A stretch of 64,000 nt of DNA from Vicinamibacterales bacterium (lineage in GTDB: Bacteria; Acidobacteriota; Vicinamibacteria; Vicinamibacterales; JAMQPK01): NCBI GenBank assembly GCA_035937795.1, contig DASZHO010000149.1, positions 5,185-69,184 of the forward strand, read 5' to 3'. The notes under the pieces are model-generated. The model was not told where the DNA came from. It saw nothing but the letters and a program-made list of their open reading frames with translations, and searched no databases. This document shows positions 35,584-46,820 of the stretch, piece after piece; the first letter of the stretch is position 1, and each line of letters opens with the position of its first letter. Both the position numbers and the translations under genes were made by a program.

Positions 35584-36465
35584 GTGATCATCGTGACGTC
35601 ATTGCTGGTGTTGCTGGTGATGACGATTCCACTAATGACGATTCCTCCAATGACGATCCCACCAATGACGATGCCAATTCGTCTGTTGCCGGTTGCCGTC
35701 ATCTTCCTTGCCCTTCTTTTGTTCGGCACGTTGGCCGTGGCGGTCGACGAGAGGCAGCTCTCGCTGCGATTCGGTATTGGCCTGATTCGAAGGAATATCC
35801 CGCTGGCCGACATCCGGTCGTTCAAGGCCGTGCGCAATCCCTGGTATTACGGGTGGGGCATCCGGATCAATCAGGCTGGCAGGCTGTATAACGTGTCGGG
35901 CCTCTCCGCAGTCGATCTCCTTCTCAACGACGGCAAACACGTGAGGGTAGGCACCGATGAGCCGGAGGCGCTCGTGGGCGCGCTCCGTCGCGCGATCGGC
36001 GAACCCCGGCCGCTCACACCTGAAGAGCAGCGCGCGGCCGTCACGGCCGGCCGCAGGTCGGCCGCGCTCGTCGCCTTTGCGAGCGTGGCGATCGCGATGA
36101 TGGTGCTGGGGGTGTTATATGCCGGGATGCAGCCGCCAAGCGTCAACATCTCGGCGTCCGGGCTCGCGATTCGCGGCGGCGCGTTTTACGCCGTGGACAT
36201 GCCGATGACCGACATCGTGGAGCTGTCGCTGCAGGATACAATTCCAGGCGTGACTCGAAAGATCAATGGATTCAACGCAGGCAATACCCTGCGCGGCCAC
36301 TTTCAACTCCAGGTGCTTGGCGACGGGCAACTCTTCATCAACCGCGGCGTTGCGCCCTACCTCGTGGTGAAAACGCGCGACAGCTTTGTGATCGTCAACT
36401 TCAAAGATCCGCAACGCACGCGCGATCTATACGCATCGCTGAAACAGCGGCTGCAGGCACGATGA
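35584..36465 (+). CDS. Membrane protein of unknown function (two N-terminal TM helices, soluble PH-like repeats)
   Basis: ORF 35584..36465 (GTG). The N-terminus contains 9-bp x2 and 15-bp x4 repeats. ATGA-coupled to the next gene. Confidence 0.6.
   Translation: MIIVTSLLVLLVMTIPLMTIPPMTIPPMTMPIRLLPVAVIFLALLLFGTLAVAVDERQLSLRFGIGLIRRNIPLADIRSFKAVRNPWYYGWGIRINQAGRLYNVSGLSAVDLLLNDGKHVRVGTDEPEALVGALRRAIGEPRPLTPEEQRAAVTAGRRSAALVAFASVAIAMMVLGVLYAGMQPPSVNISASGLAIRGGAFYAVDMPMTDIVELSLQDTIPGVTRKINGFNAGNTLRGHFQLQVLGDGQLFINRGVAPYLVVKTRDSFVIVNFKDPQRTRDLYASLKQRLQAR
35602..35679. repeat. In-frame tandem repeats at the 5' end of the membrane protein gene: ttgctggtg x2, then a 15-bp unit x4, each unit starting with ATG
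   Basis: atgacgattccacta atgacgattcctcca atgacgatcccacca atgacgatgccaatt (35620..35679), encoding MTIPL MTIPP MTIPP MTMPI. Confidence 0.9.
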
Positions 36466-36872
36466 AACCCGCTGGCTACTCAGGCACGCCGCTGGCGCAG
36501 AAGCTCGGAATCAAGCCAGGCGCGCGCGTATTTGTCGCGTCGGCGCCCGTCGACTACCGTGTGCTCGTGGCACCGTGGCCTGGCGGGGCAGCCCTGGCAC
36601 GTCAACTGGACCGCACCATCGATGTCGCACACGTATTTGCAACCAGGAAAAATACGCTCTCGAAGTTCTTGCGGCGCGCGACGAAAAAGATGCGAGCCGA
36701 TGCGGCGATTTGGATATCGTGGCCCAAGAAGGCGGCGAACGTGTCGACCGATATTTCCGAAGACACGATTCGGGCCGTCGCGCTGCCGCTGGGTCTCCTT
36801 GACATCAAGGTCTGTGCCGTCGACGAGGTGTGGTCTGGCCTGAAGCTCGTGGTGAGGAAGGAGCTTCGATGA
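36462..36872 (+). CDS. DUF3052 domain protein
   Basis: GYSGTPLAQKLGIKPG ... WISWPKKAANVSTDISEDTIRAVALPLGLLDIKVCAVDEVWSGLKLVVRKELR matches the DUF3052 pattern as I remember it. ATGA overlaps on both sides. Confidence 0.8.
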   Translation: MKPAGYSGTPLAQKLGIKPGARVFVASAPVDYRVLVAPWPGGAALARQLDRTIDVAHVFATRKNTLSKFLRRATKKMRADAAIWISWPKKAANVSTDISEDTIRAVALPLGLLDIKVCAVDEVWSGLKLVVRKELR

Positions 36873-38071
36873 AGATCCCGTGGAGAGGATCGCTGGCCGC
36901 CGTGCTTGGCTTCTACTTGGTCTCTGCGGCTCCCCGCGCGCAATCCACCAATGTGGTCAATCTTCGCGTGGCGGAGACATCCGGAATTCGCAGGAACACG
37001 TACCCGGCGACGGCGCGCGTTCATCTGCAGAGCGGCGTCCTCAGTGACCCGGCGCATGCGCGACTGCTGGCGGATGGAAGGGAAGTGCCGGCGCAGTTCG
37101 GCGTCGAGTCCTCGTATCCGGACGGATCCGTTCAGTGGCTCACGGCCGACTTCAACGTGAGCATCGGCCCGCGGGAAACGCTGCCGTTCACCCTCGAGTA
37201 CGGCGACAGCATCAAATCAGCCGTTGTTCCAAGAGGATTGACAGTCTCGCAGGACTCCAGCGGCATCCAGGTCGGTAACGTCCGGTTCAGTATCAGCGGC
37301 GCGCCGCTGGTGCTGTCGGTGAAGTACCGGCAGGAAGACATCGGCCAGGGCATGAACGGCTTCGCCATGGTCGATACCGCAGGTGTGTCGCACGACGCCA
37401 CGAGCTCACCTCAGACGAAGGCCGAAATCGTCAAGCGTGGGCCCCTGCTCGTCGTCATTCGTTATTCCGGGCAGATTCCGCTGGCGAGTAATTATGCCGC
37501 GGGCTACCTCACGACCGTCGAGATGCCGAACAGCAAATCATGGATGAAGGTGACGACGACGATCGCGGACCCTGAGAAGCGGCTGCGCGAGCTGTCGTTC
37601 CACACGCCGTTGTCGCTCGGCGCACAACCCTGGACGTGGGATTTCGGGACCGGAAGCTGGTCGTACGGGTTGCTGCGAGCGCCTTCGGAGTCGGTCACGC
37701 TGTCGCAGGTCGTCGGTACCCAACAATCGACGAAGTGGCAGATCAAATCAGGCCCCAAAGGACAGGAGCAGATCTACGAGATGACCGGAGGCCACCGTCC
37801 GAACCTTGCCGAAGGGTGGGGACACATTCAGGATCAGAAGGAGGCCATCGCCTTTGCCGTCCCTGATTTCGGTGCCGAGGCCGGGACTTACACCGCCACC
37901 CTTGATGGAAACGGGCAGATGTCGTTCCGTTGGGATCCCGCTCGTCCGCTGCCTCACCTCCAACTGACCGTCTACGAGCACTTCGTCGCGACGCCCGTTC
38001 AGGTGGGCGCCGTGACCAGCCCGGTGTCGATGTTGAACCCCCTCGTGGTGTCGGCCTCCATTCCAAAATGA
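36869..38071 (+). CDS. Secreted hypothetical protein (beta-rich), function unknown
   Basis: ORF 36830..38071; ATG at 36869 (MKIPWRGSLAAVLGFYLVSAAPRAQS) overlaps the upstream TGA. Signal peptide present. No family recognised. Confidence 0.7.
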   Translation: MKIPWRGSLAAVLGFYLVSAAPRAQSTNVVNLRVAETSGIRRNTYPATARVHLQSGVLSDPAHARLLADGREVPAQFGVESSYPDGSVQWLTADFNVSIGPRETLPFTLEYGDSIKSAVVPRGLTVSQDSSGIQVGNVRFSISGAPLVLSVKYRQEDIGQGMNGFAMVDTAGVSHDATSSPQTKAEIVKRGPLLVVIRYSGQIPLASNYAAGYLTTVEMPNSKSWMKVTTTIADPEKRLRELSFHTPLSLGAQPWTWDFGTGSWSYGLLRAPSESVTLSQVVGTQQSTKWQIKSGPKGQEQIYEMTGGHRPNLAEGWGHIQDQKEAIAFAVPDFGAEAGTYTATLDGNGQMSFRWDPARPLPHLQLTVYEHFVATPVQVGAVTSPVSMLNPLVVSASIPK

Positions 38072-38952
38072 CTCGACACGAGGTCGAGGCGGTGGACATA
38101 GACGCCGGCAATCTCGCCGAAGCGAAGGCGTTTCTCGAGAGCCACTCCGAGACGTCGCTGTTCATGCTGTCGAACATTCGAGCGTTCGGTACTCGGCTCG
38201 GCGAAAGCCTGTATTCGGGAAATTTGCGGGGCTTGCGGCAAGAGGATGAATTGCGCGCCGTGTTCTGTTTGACGCGCAACGGCAGCTTGCTGGCGCAGAC
38301 GGCCGGGTCCGCCGAATTTGCGCCGGACATCTTGCGGGCCTGTGCGGCGGAGCCGATAGCGATCCGCGGAGTGCTGGGAGAATGGCGCATCTGCAAGGCC
38401 ATCTGGGATCTCCTCGTCGGAGCACGGACCCTGCGGCCGACGTTTGTGTCGAAAGAGGTCTCCTATCGGCTCGACCTGACGAAGAATCTGCCGCCGGCCG
38501 GAACGGGGCGGGAGAGCGTCGCGACCGGCGTCGTACGGATGCTGGCCGAAGGCGATCACGAACAATGGGACGAGCTGGCGCTCGCGTTCCAGCACGAGAG
38601 CGGGCTGCCGTCGCCGGGTACGCGCGAACAGCGCAAAACCGCGTTCATCAGGTCGATTGGGCTTGGGCACTGGTGGGGTGCGTTCCAGCAGACCCGGCTC
38701 GTGTCGCTCGCCGCCATCATTGCCATGCACGAGACGATGGCGCAGGTCGGTTCGGTGTTCACCGTACCGGATCATCGGCGGCGCGGCCTGGGCCGCGCCG
38801 TGATGACGAAGCTCATCCGCGACTCACGGCTCGAGCATCGGCTGGACAGATTGTTTCTGTTCACCGGCGAAGAGAACGCGGCCGCCAGACAGCTCTACGA
38901 ATCGCTTGGCTTCGAGAGCTTCGGCCATTTCGGATTGTTCTTCGGTGAATAG
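38068..38952 (+). CDS. GNAT family N-acetyltransferase (two-domain type)
   Basis: ORF 37930..38952; ATG at 38068 (MTRHEVEAVDIDAG) overlaps the upstream TGA. C-terminal GNAT core: VFTVPDHRRRGLGRAVM ... AARQLYESLGF. Confidence 0.75.
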   Translation: MTRHEVEAVDIDAGNLAEAKAFLESHSETSLFMLSNIRAFGTRLGESLYSGNLRGLRQEDELRAVFCLTRNGSLLAQTAGSAEFAPDILRACAAEPIAIRGVLGEWRICKAIWDLLVGARTLRPTFVSKEVSYRLDLTKNLPPAGTGRESVATGVVRMLAEGDHEQWDELALAFQHESGLPSPGTREQRKTAFIRSIGLGHWWGAFQQTRLVSLAAIIAMHETMAQVGSVFTVPDHRRRGLGRAVMTKLIRDSRLEHRLDRLFLFTGEENAAARQLYESLGFESFGHFGLFFGE

Positions 38953-38964
38953 CGCACGGCAACG

Positions 38965-39408
38965 ATGACCACCGCCTTCGTCATTCGACAAATGATGCCG
39001 GGAGACGCCGCCGCGGTTGCCGACCTCACCTGTCAGCTCGGTTATCCGGCGACGGAAGCGGAAATCAAACGGCGTTTCGATTTCATCAAGGACCGCTGGG
39101 ACGCGCGTCTGTTCGTCGCCAAGCAGCCGGAGCTTCCAATTGTGGGATGGGTCCACGTGCAGGCCACCTATTCGCTCGAGGCGGACCCGCGCGCCGAGAT
39201 CTGGGGTCTCGTGGTGGCGGAAAGCGCCCGGGGATTAGGGGTGGGGCGGGCGCTGGTGGAGGCGGCCGAGGAGTGGGCGGTCCGGCTGAACCTTGACGTG
39301 GTGGTCGTCCGATCGAATCAGCTTCGCGTCCAGGCGCGCGGCTTCTATGAGCACCTCGGTTACGCGGTCACCAAGACACAGAACGCCTTCCGCAAGACGC
39401 TGTCCTAG
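38965..39408 (+). CDS. GNAT family N-acetyltransferase
   Basis: 147 aa: LVVAESARGLGVGRALVEAAEEWA and ARGFYEHLGY. Confidence 0.85.
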   Translation: MTTAFVIRQMMPGDAAAVADLTCQLGYPATEAEIKRRFDFIKDRWDARLFVAKQPELPIVGWVHVQATYSLEADPRAEIWGLVVAESARGLGVGRALVEAAEEWAVRLNLDVVVVRSNQLRVQARGFYEHLGYAVTKTQNAFRKTLS

Positions 39409-39419
39409 CGTTGGACCAC

Positions 39420-40352
39420 ATGGATCCCGCCATCTCGCTCCAGGGCGTGACGAAATCGTTTGGACCGACGAGTGCGGTCCGGGATCTGGATCTGTCGATC
39501 CCGAAGGGCGCCCTTTACGGATTCATCGGTCCGAACGGCGCCGGCAAGACCACGTCGCTCAGGATGATCATGTCGATCCTGTTCCCCGATCGCGGCTCGA
39601 TTGCCGTGCTTGGCTGTCCATCGGCGTGGGAAGCCAAAGATCGCATCGGCTATCTCCCGGAAGAGCGCGGCGTCTATCGAAAGATGAAGGTCGGAGCGTT
39701 TTTGACCTACATCGCCCGCTTGAAGGGCGTGAACGATGCCGACCCTTCCGGGCGGATCAAAAGCTGGCTCGATCGCGTGGAGCTCCAGAATGTCTACGAC
39801 AAGAAGTGCGAGGAGCTTTCGAAGGGCATGCTCCAGAAAGTCCAGCTGGTGGCGGCCGTACTGCACCAGCCCGAGTTGCTGATCCTGGACGAACCGTTCA
39901 GCGGGCTCGACCCGGTGAGCATGCGGCTGCTGCGCGAGCTGGTTCTCGCGGAGCATCGCCGCGGGGCAACGATTCTCTTCTCGACGCACATCATGCTGCA
40001 GGCCGAGGAGCTCTGCGAGCACATCGTGATGCTCCACCGCGGCCGCAAAGTGCTGGATGAGAGCCTCGACTCGATTCGCCGCAGCCACGTCCCTCGCGCA
40101 GTGCTTTTCGAGCCGTTTGACCCGGCCGCCGACGTCGTGCCGCTCGGCGGCGTCGAGGGTGTGGCGTCCGTGATCAGGAACGGCGGCGGATACCGGCTCG
40201 ATCTCACGCCGGCCGCGGATCCGGTCCGCACGATCCGTGCAATCGCGCTCGCCGTCGCCCCGTCGCGGATTGAGCTTCAGCGGCCGTCGCTCGAGGATAT
40301 TTTCGTCGATCTCGTCACCGACGAGGCTGAGCCGGCAGGCATCTCGGCATGA
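39420..40352 (+). CDS. ABC transporter ATP-binding protein (NatA/ABC-2 type)
   Basis: ORF 39411..40352 (TTG); ATG at 39420. Walker A GPNGAGKTT, signature LSKGMLQK, Walker B LILDEPFSGLD. Confidence 0.9.
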   Translation: MDPAISLQGVTKSFGPTSAVRDLDLSIPKGALYGFIGPNGAGKTTSLRMIMSILFPDRGSIAVLGCPSAWEAKDRIGYLPEERGVYRKMKVGAFLTYIARLKGVNDADPSGRIKSWLDRVELQNVYDKKCEELSKGMLQKVQLVAAVLHQPELLILDEPFSGLDPVSMRLLRELVLAEHRRGATILFSTHIMLQAEELCEHIVMLHRGRKVLDESLDSIRRSHVPRAVLFEPFDPAADVVPLGGVEGVASVIRNGGGYRLDLTPAADPVRTIRAIALAVAPSRIELQRPSLEDIFVDLVTDEAEPAGISA

Positions 40353-41716
40353 GGAAAATTCTTCACGTCGCGGCGCGGGACTTTCTCGCCACGGTCACGA
40401 CGAAGGGATTCATTATCGCGCTCCTGCTGCCGCCAATCTTCCTCGCGGCCGTGGGTGTCGTCTTTCCGCGGGTGATGAACGACCGGGCGCCGCGCCAGAG
40501 CGGCCAGATTGCCATCGTCGATCCCACAGGGCAGGTTGCCGCCGGTCTGAGAACGTACTTGAGCCCCGAGGCCATCGCCGGACGTCGTGCTGGCTCGCTG
40601 AATCGCGCCCGTGAAGCGCTGGGTGGAGTCGCAAGAGCGTTGCCGCCGGCGCCTGCCATGCAAGCGATAGACGCCGCGACGGGCGTTCCCCCTCTTGACG
40701 TTGTTGAGTTGCCGGCCGATGCGGACCTGCCCCGGGAAAAGCAGCTGCTGCGAAGCCGCGACGCGCCGGCCCGGCGCCTGTCGCTGATCGTCGTGCACCC
40801 TGATGCGGTCGTTCCGGCGGCGAACAATGCCTTCGGCACCTTCGATTTGTTTGTGAGGGCCGGCCTCGACGATCGCATCGAGCGCGAAATCCTGAACGGC
40901 ATGGACGATGCCATCGTCGATGCGCGGGTGCGTCACGAAGGCCTCGACCGGCAACATGTGGACGCGCTCACCACCGTGGAGCGGCCGAAGTCGATTACCG
41001 TGACCGACACCGAGCGGAACGAAGGAGCCTCGACGCTGACACGAATCCTGCCGTTTGCCTTTACGTTGCTCCTGATGATGTCGGTCATGAGCAGCGGCCA
41101 GTACTTGATGACCACGACGATCGAGGAGAAATCAAGCCGGACGATGGAGGTGCTCTTGTCCGCGGTGTCTCCAATGCAGTTGATGGCGGGCAAGATTCTC
41201 GGCCAGCTCGGCGTCGGGCTGGTGGTGCTCGTACTCTATGCGTCTGTGGGGCTTCTGGCGCTGTTCTCGATGGCGCTGATTGGCTTGCTGGATATGTCGC
41301 TGCTGATCTATCTGCTGATTTTCTTTCTAATCACGTATCTGATCATGGGCTCGGCGATGGCGGCGGTGGGGTCGGCAGTGAACGAGCTCCGCGAGGCTCA
41401 GGCGCTCGTCATGCCCATCACGATGATGATGATGACGCCGTGGCTGTTCTGGTATCCAATCGTCAGGGATCCCAATTCGGCATTCAGCACCGTGCTGAGC
41501 TTCATTCCGCCGATGAATACGCTGGTCATGATGCTTCGGCTCGCGTCGACCGCGCCGCCCCCGCTCTGGCAGGTCTGGTTGTCGATCGGCATCGGCGCCG
41601 GTGCGGCGGGCCTGATGCTGTGGTTCGCCTCTCGCGTGTTCAGAATCGGCCTGCTGATGTATGGCCGCCCGCCAGATTTTGCGACGCTGATTCGCTGGGC
41701 GCGACAAGCGCAGTAA
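40349..41716 (+). CDS. ABC-2 type transporter permease (NatB-like, large extracytoplasmic loop)
   Basis: ATGA overlap with the ATPase gene. One N-terminal TM, a ~200-aa loop, then five or six C-terminal TM helices. Confidence 0.85.
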   Translation: MRKILHVAARDFLATVTTKGFIIALLLPPIFLAAVGVVFPRVMNDRAPRQSGQIAIVDPTGQVAAGLRTYLSPEAIAGRRAGSLNRAREALGGVARALPPAPAMQAIDAATGVPPLDVVELPADADLPREKQLLRSRDAPARRLSLIVVHPDAVVPAANNAFGTFDLFVRAGLDDRIEREILNGMDDAIVDARVRHEGLDRQHVDALTTVERPKSITVTDTERNEGASTLTRILPFAFTLLLMMSVMSSGQYLMTTTIEEKSSRTMEVLLSAVSPMQLMAGKILGQLGVGLVVLVLYASVGLLALFSMALIGLLDMSLLIYLLIFFLITYLIMGSAMAAVGSAVNELREAQALVMPITMMMMTPWLFWYPIVRDPNSAFSTVLSFIPPMNTLVMMLRLASTAPPPLWQVWLSIGIGAGAAGLMLWFASRVFRIGLLMYGRPPDFATLIRWARQAQ

Positions 41717-41793
41717 CCCACCTTCTACCTTCTGCTTTCTACTTTCTACTTTCCACTTTCCACTTTCCACCTTCTACCTTTCAGTTTCCCCAT
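41717..41793. repeat. Heptanucleotide tandem array, about 10-11 units of TCYACYT, filling the spacer between two convergent genes
   Basis: cccacct tctacct tctgctt tctactt tctactt tccactt tccactt tccacct tctacct ttcagtt tcccc, read directly. Confidence 0.9.
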
Positions 41794-41975
41794 CACTCAT
41801 CCAGCCGGCTGACCGACACCGAACAATCGTCTTCGTCTTCCACGGTCACGAAGACTTGCATCGGCTGACAGCAGACCTGGCAGTCTTCGACATATTTCTG
41901 GGAGTGGCCCCCCGTTTCATCCACCCACAGATCGAGCGGTTCGCCGCAGTATGGGCACTGAATAGATACGTCCAA
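41793..41975 (-). CDS. CPXCG-motif cysteine-rich small protein
   Basis: 60 aa: IQCPYCGE ... EDCQVCCQPM. TTG start with AAGGTGG upstream. Last gene of the metH operon. Confidence 0.75.
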   Translation of the reverse strand: MDVSIQCPYCGEPLDLWVDETGGHSQKYVEDCQVCCQPMQVFVTVEDEDDCSVSVSRLDE

Positions 41976-41986
41976 ATCGCCACCTT

Positions 41987-42007
41987 GAGCCCAGAGCCCA
42001 GAGCCTT
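41987..42007. repeat. Heptamer array GAGCCCA x3 between metH and the CPXCG gene
   Basis: gagccca gagccca gagcctt, read directly. Confidence 0.8.
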
Positions 42008-42019
42008 GCGCCCCTTCTC

Positions 42020-45742
<3,723 letters not shown>

Positions 45743-45743
45743 G

Positions 45744-46697
45744 TCAGTGTGTCTGCTCAGCGCGCTTGACGCCGCCCGCAACAAGGACTGTGAATGGATC
45801 GCCGGGCAGCCGCGCGCCGATGCGCACCGTCACCTCCTGCAGCCCGGCATTTCTCAGAAAGCCCGCGATGTCTTCGTCCTTGAACCCCAGCCACCGGTCG
45901 CCGACGCGATCCCGCACCCACGCTTGATCGTGCTCGCGAAGATCCAGCACCAGGATGTGACCGGCGGGGCGGAGCACCCTCGTGGCCTCGATGACCGCGT
46001 GCGACGGATCCGCCGCATGATGCAGCGCCTGCGAGAGCAGCGCAATGTCGACGCTGGCATCAGCGAGCGGCAGCTTCTCGAGTTCACCGCGCTTCCAGGT
46101 GATGTTCGACACGCCGCGCCGCTCGGCGAGTTCGCGAGCCCGGCGGAGCACTTCAGCGGAGCGGTCGATGCCGATCACGCGTGTGGCCCAACGCGCCGCC
46201 TCGACCGACAGATAGCCTTCGCCGCACGCGATGTCCGCGACGTCGACAGGCGGCAGCAACAGGCCAAGCGCGCGCGACCACGCCGCCCAGCTCCGGCCGG
46301 GCACGAACTGCGCGCGGTCGGTGCCGTGCACGTCGAAATTTTCCTTGCGCAGGCGAATCACTTCATGGAGACGCGCTTCGTCGCCGCGCACCGCTCCCGT
46401 ATCGGCAGCCGCGGCGAATTGCGTCTGGAGCGCCGGCCATACGCCGCCGAAGCCGCCGTCCAGCAGCGCAGGGGAGAGGCGGTAGAACGAGAAGGCGCCG
46501 CCCCGCTCTTCGACAACCAACCCCGCCTCTTTCAACAGCTTCAGGTGCCGGGAGACGCCTGATTGCGCCAGCCCGAGAACGGCGGTCAGCTCGGTCACAT
46601 TCAACCGACCGTGCTTCCCGGCGAGCACGCGAAGGAGCCGCAAGCGGGTTTCGTCGCCCAGAAGCCGGAAGAGGTCTCCAGCCTGACGCATATACAT
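45744..46697 (-). CDS. ArsR-family HTH regulator fused to a class I SAM-dependent methyltransferase domain
   Basis: Inside ORF 45744..47201, starting at [25 protein letters not shown] (ATG 46697). ArsR wHTH: [28 protein letters not shown]. Methyltransferase motif I: [11 protein letters not shown]. Its stop lies 1 nt from the metH start. Confidence 0.85.
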   Translation of the reverse strand: MYMRQAGDLFRLLGDETRLRLLRVLAGKHGRLNVTELTAVLGLAQSGVSRHLKLLKEAGLVVEERGGAFSFYRLSPALLDGGFGGVWPALQTQFAAAADTGAVRGDEARLHEVIRLRKENFDVHGTDRAQFVPGRSWAAWSRALGLLLPPVDVADIACGEGYLSVEAARWATRVIGIDRSAEVLRRARELAERRGVSNITWKRGELEKLPLADASVDIALLSQALHHAADPSHAVIEATRVLRPAGHILVLDLREHDQAWVRDRVGDRWLGFKDEDIAGFLRNAGLQEVTVRIGARLPGDPFTVLVAGGVKRAEQTH

Positions 46698-46704
46698 GAA
46701 TGTA

Positions 46705-46721
46705 TATCTAGTGATTAGATA
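46705..46721. promoter_or_regulatory. Inverted repeat TATCTA-N5-TAGATA, 8 nt upstream of the arsR-methyltransferase start (candidate operator)
   Basis: TATCTAgtgatTAGATA lies in an AT-rich patch of the divergent spacer. Confidence 0.3.
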
Positions 46722-46742
46722 AAGCAACTGCCCGGCTCGGGC

Positions 46743-46757
46743 GCGCGGATTCCGCGC
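46743..46757. promoter_or_regulatory. 15-bp perfect palindrome GCGCGGA-T-TCCGCGC in the divergent spacer
   Basis: Read directly. The 1-nt centre is too short for a hairpin loop, so a dimeric protein-binding site is more plausible than an RNA structure. Confidence 0.25.
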
Positions 46758-46760
46758 CCC

Positions 46761-46801
46761 AGTCCCCGGTCCCGGTCCTCGGTCCCCGGTCCGCGATCCC
46801 G
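46761..46801. repeat. Heptamer-type tandem array (GGTCCYC, about 6 units)
   Basis: agtcccc ggtccc ggtcctc ggtcccc ggtccgc gatcccg, read directly. Confidence 0.8.
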
Positions 46802-46807
46802 ACCAGC

Positions 46808-46813
46808 TATAAT
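46808..46813 (+). promoter_or_regulatory. Perfect TATAAT hexamer 7 nt upstream of the GTG start of the NiCoT-like gene (candidate -10 of a leaderless mRNA)
   Basis: cagcTATAATcgctcccGTG. No Shine-Dalgarno fits in the 7 nt. No clear -35 element. Confidence 0.35.
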
Positions 46814-46820
46814 CGCTCCC

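Noticed and set aside
41717-41793. CRISPR interpretation of the tandem arrays (also 27792..27840 and 30865..30913).
   Set aside because: Units are 7-13 nt and directly abut with no unique spacers. There are no cas genes in the window. These are simple tandem repeats.
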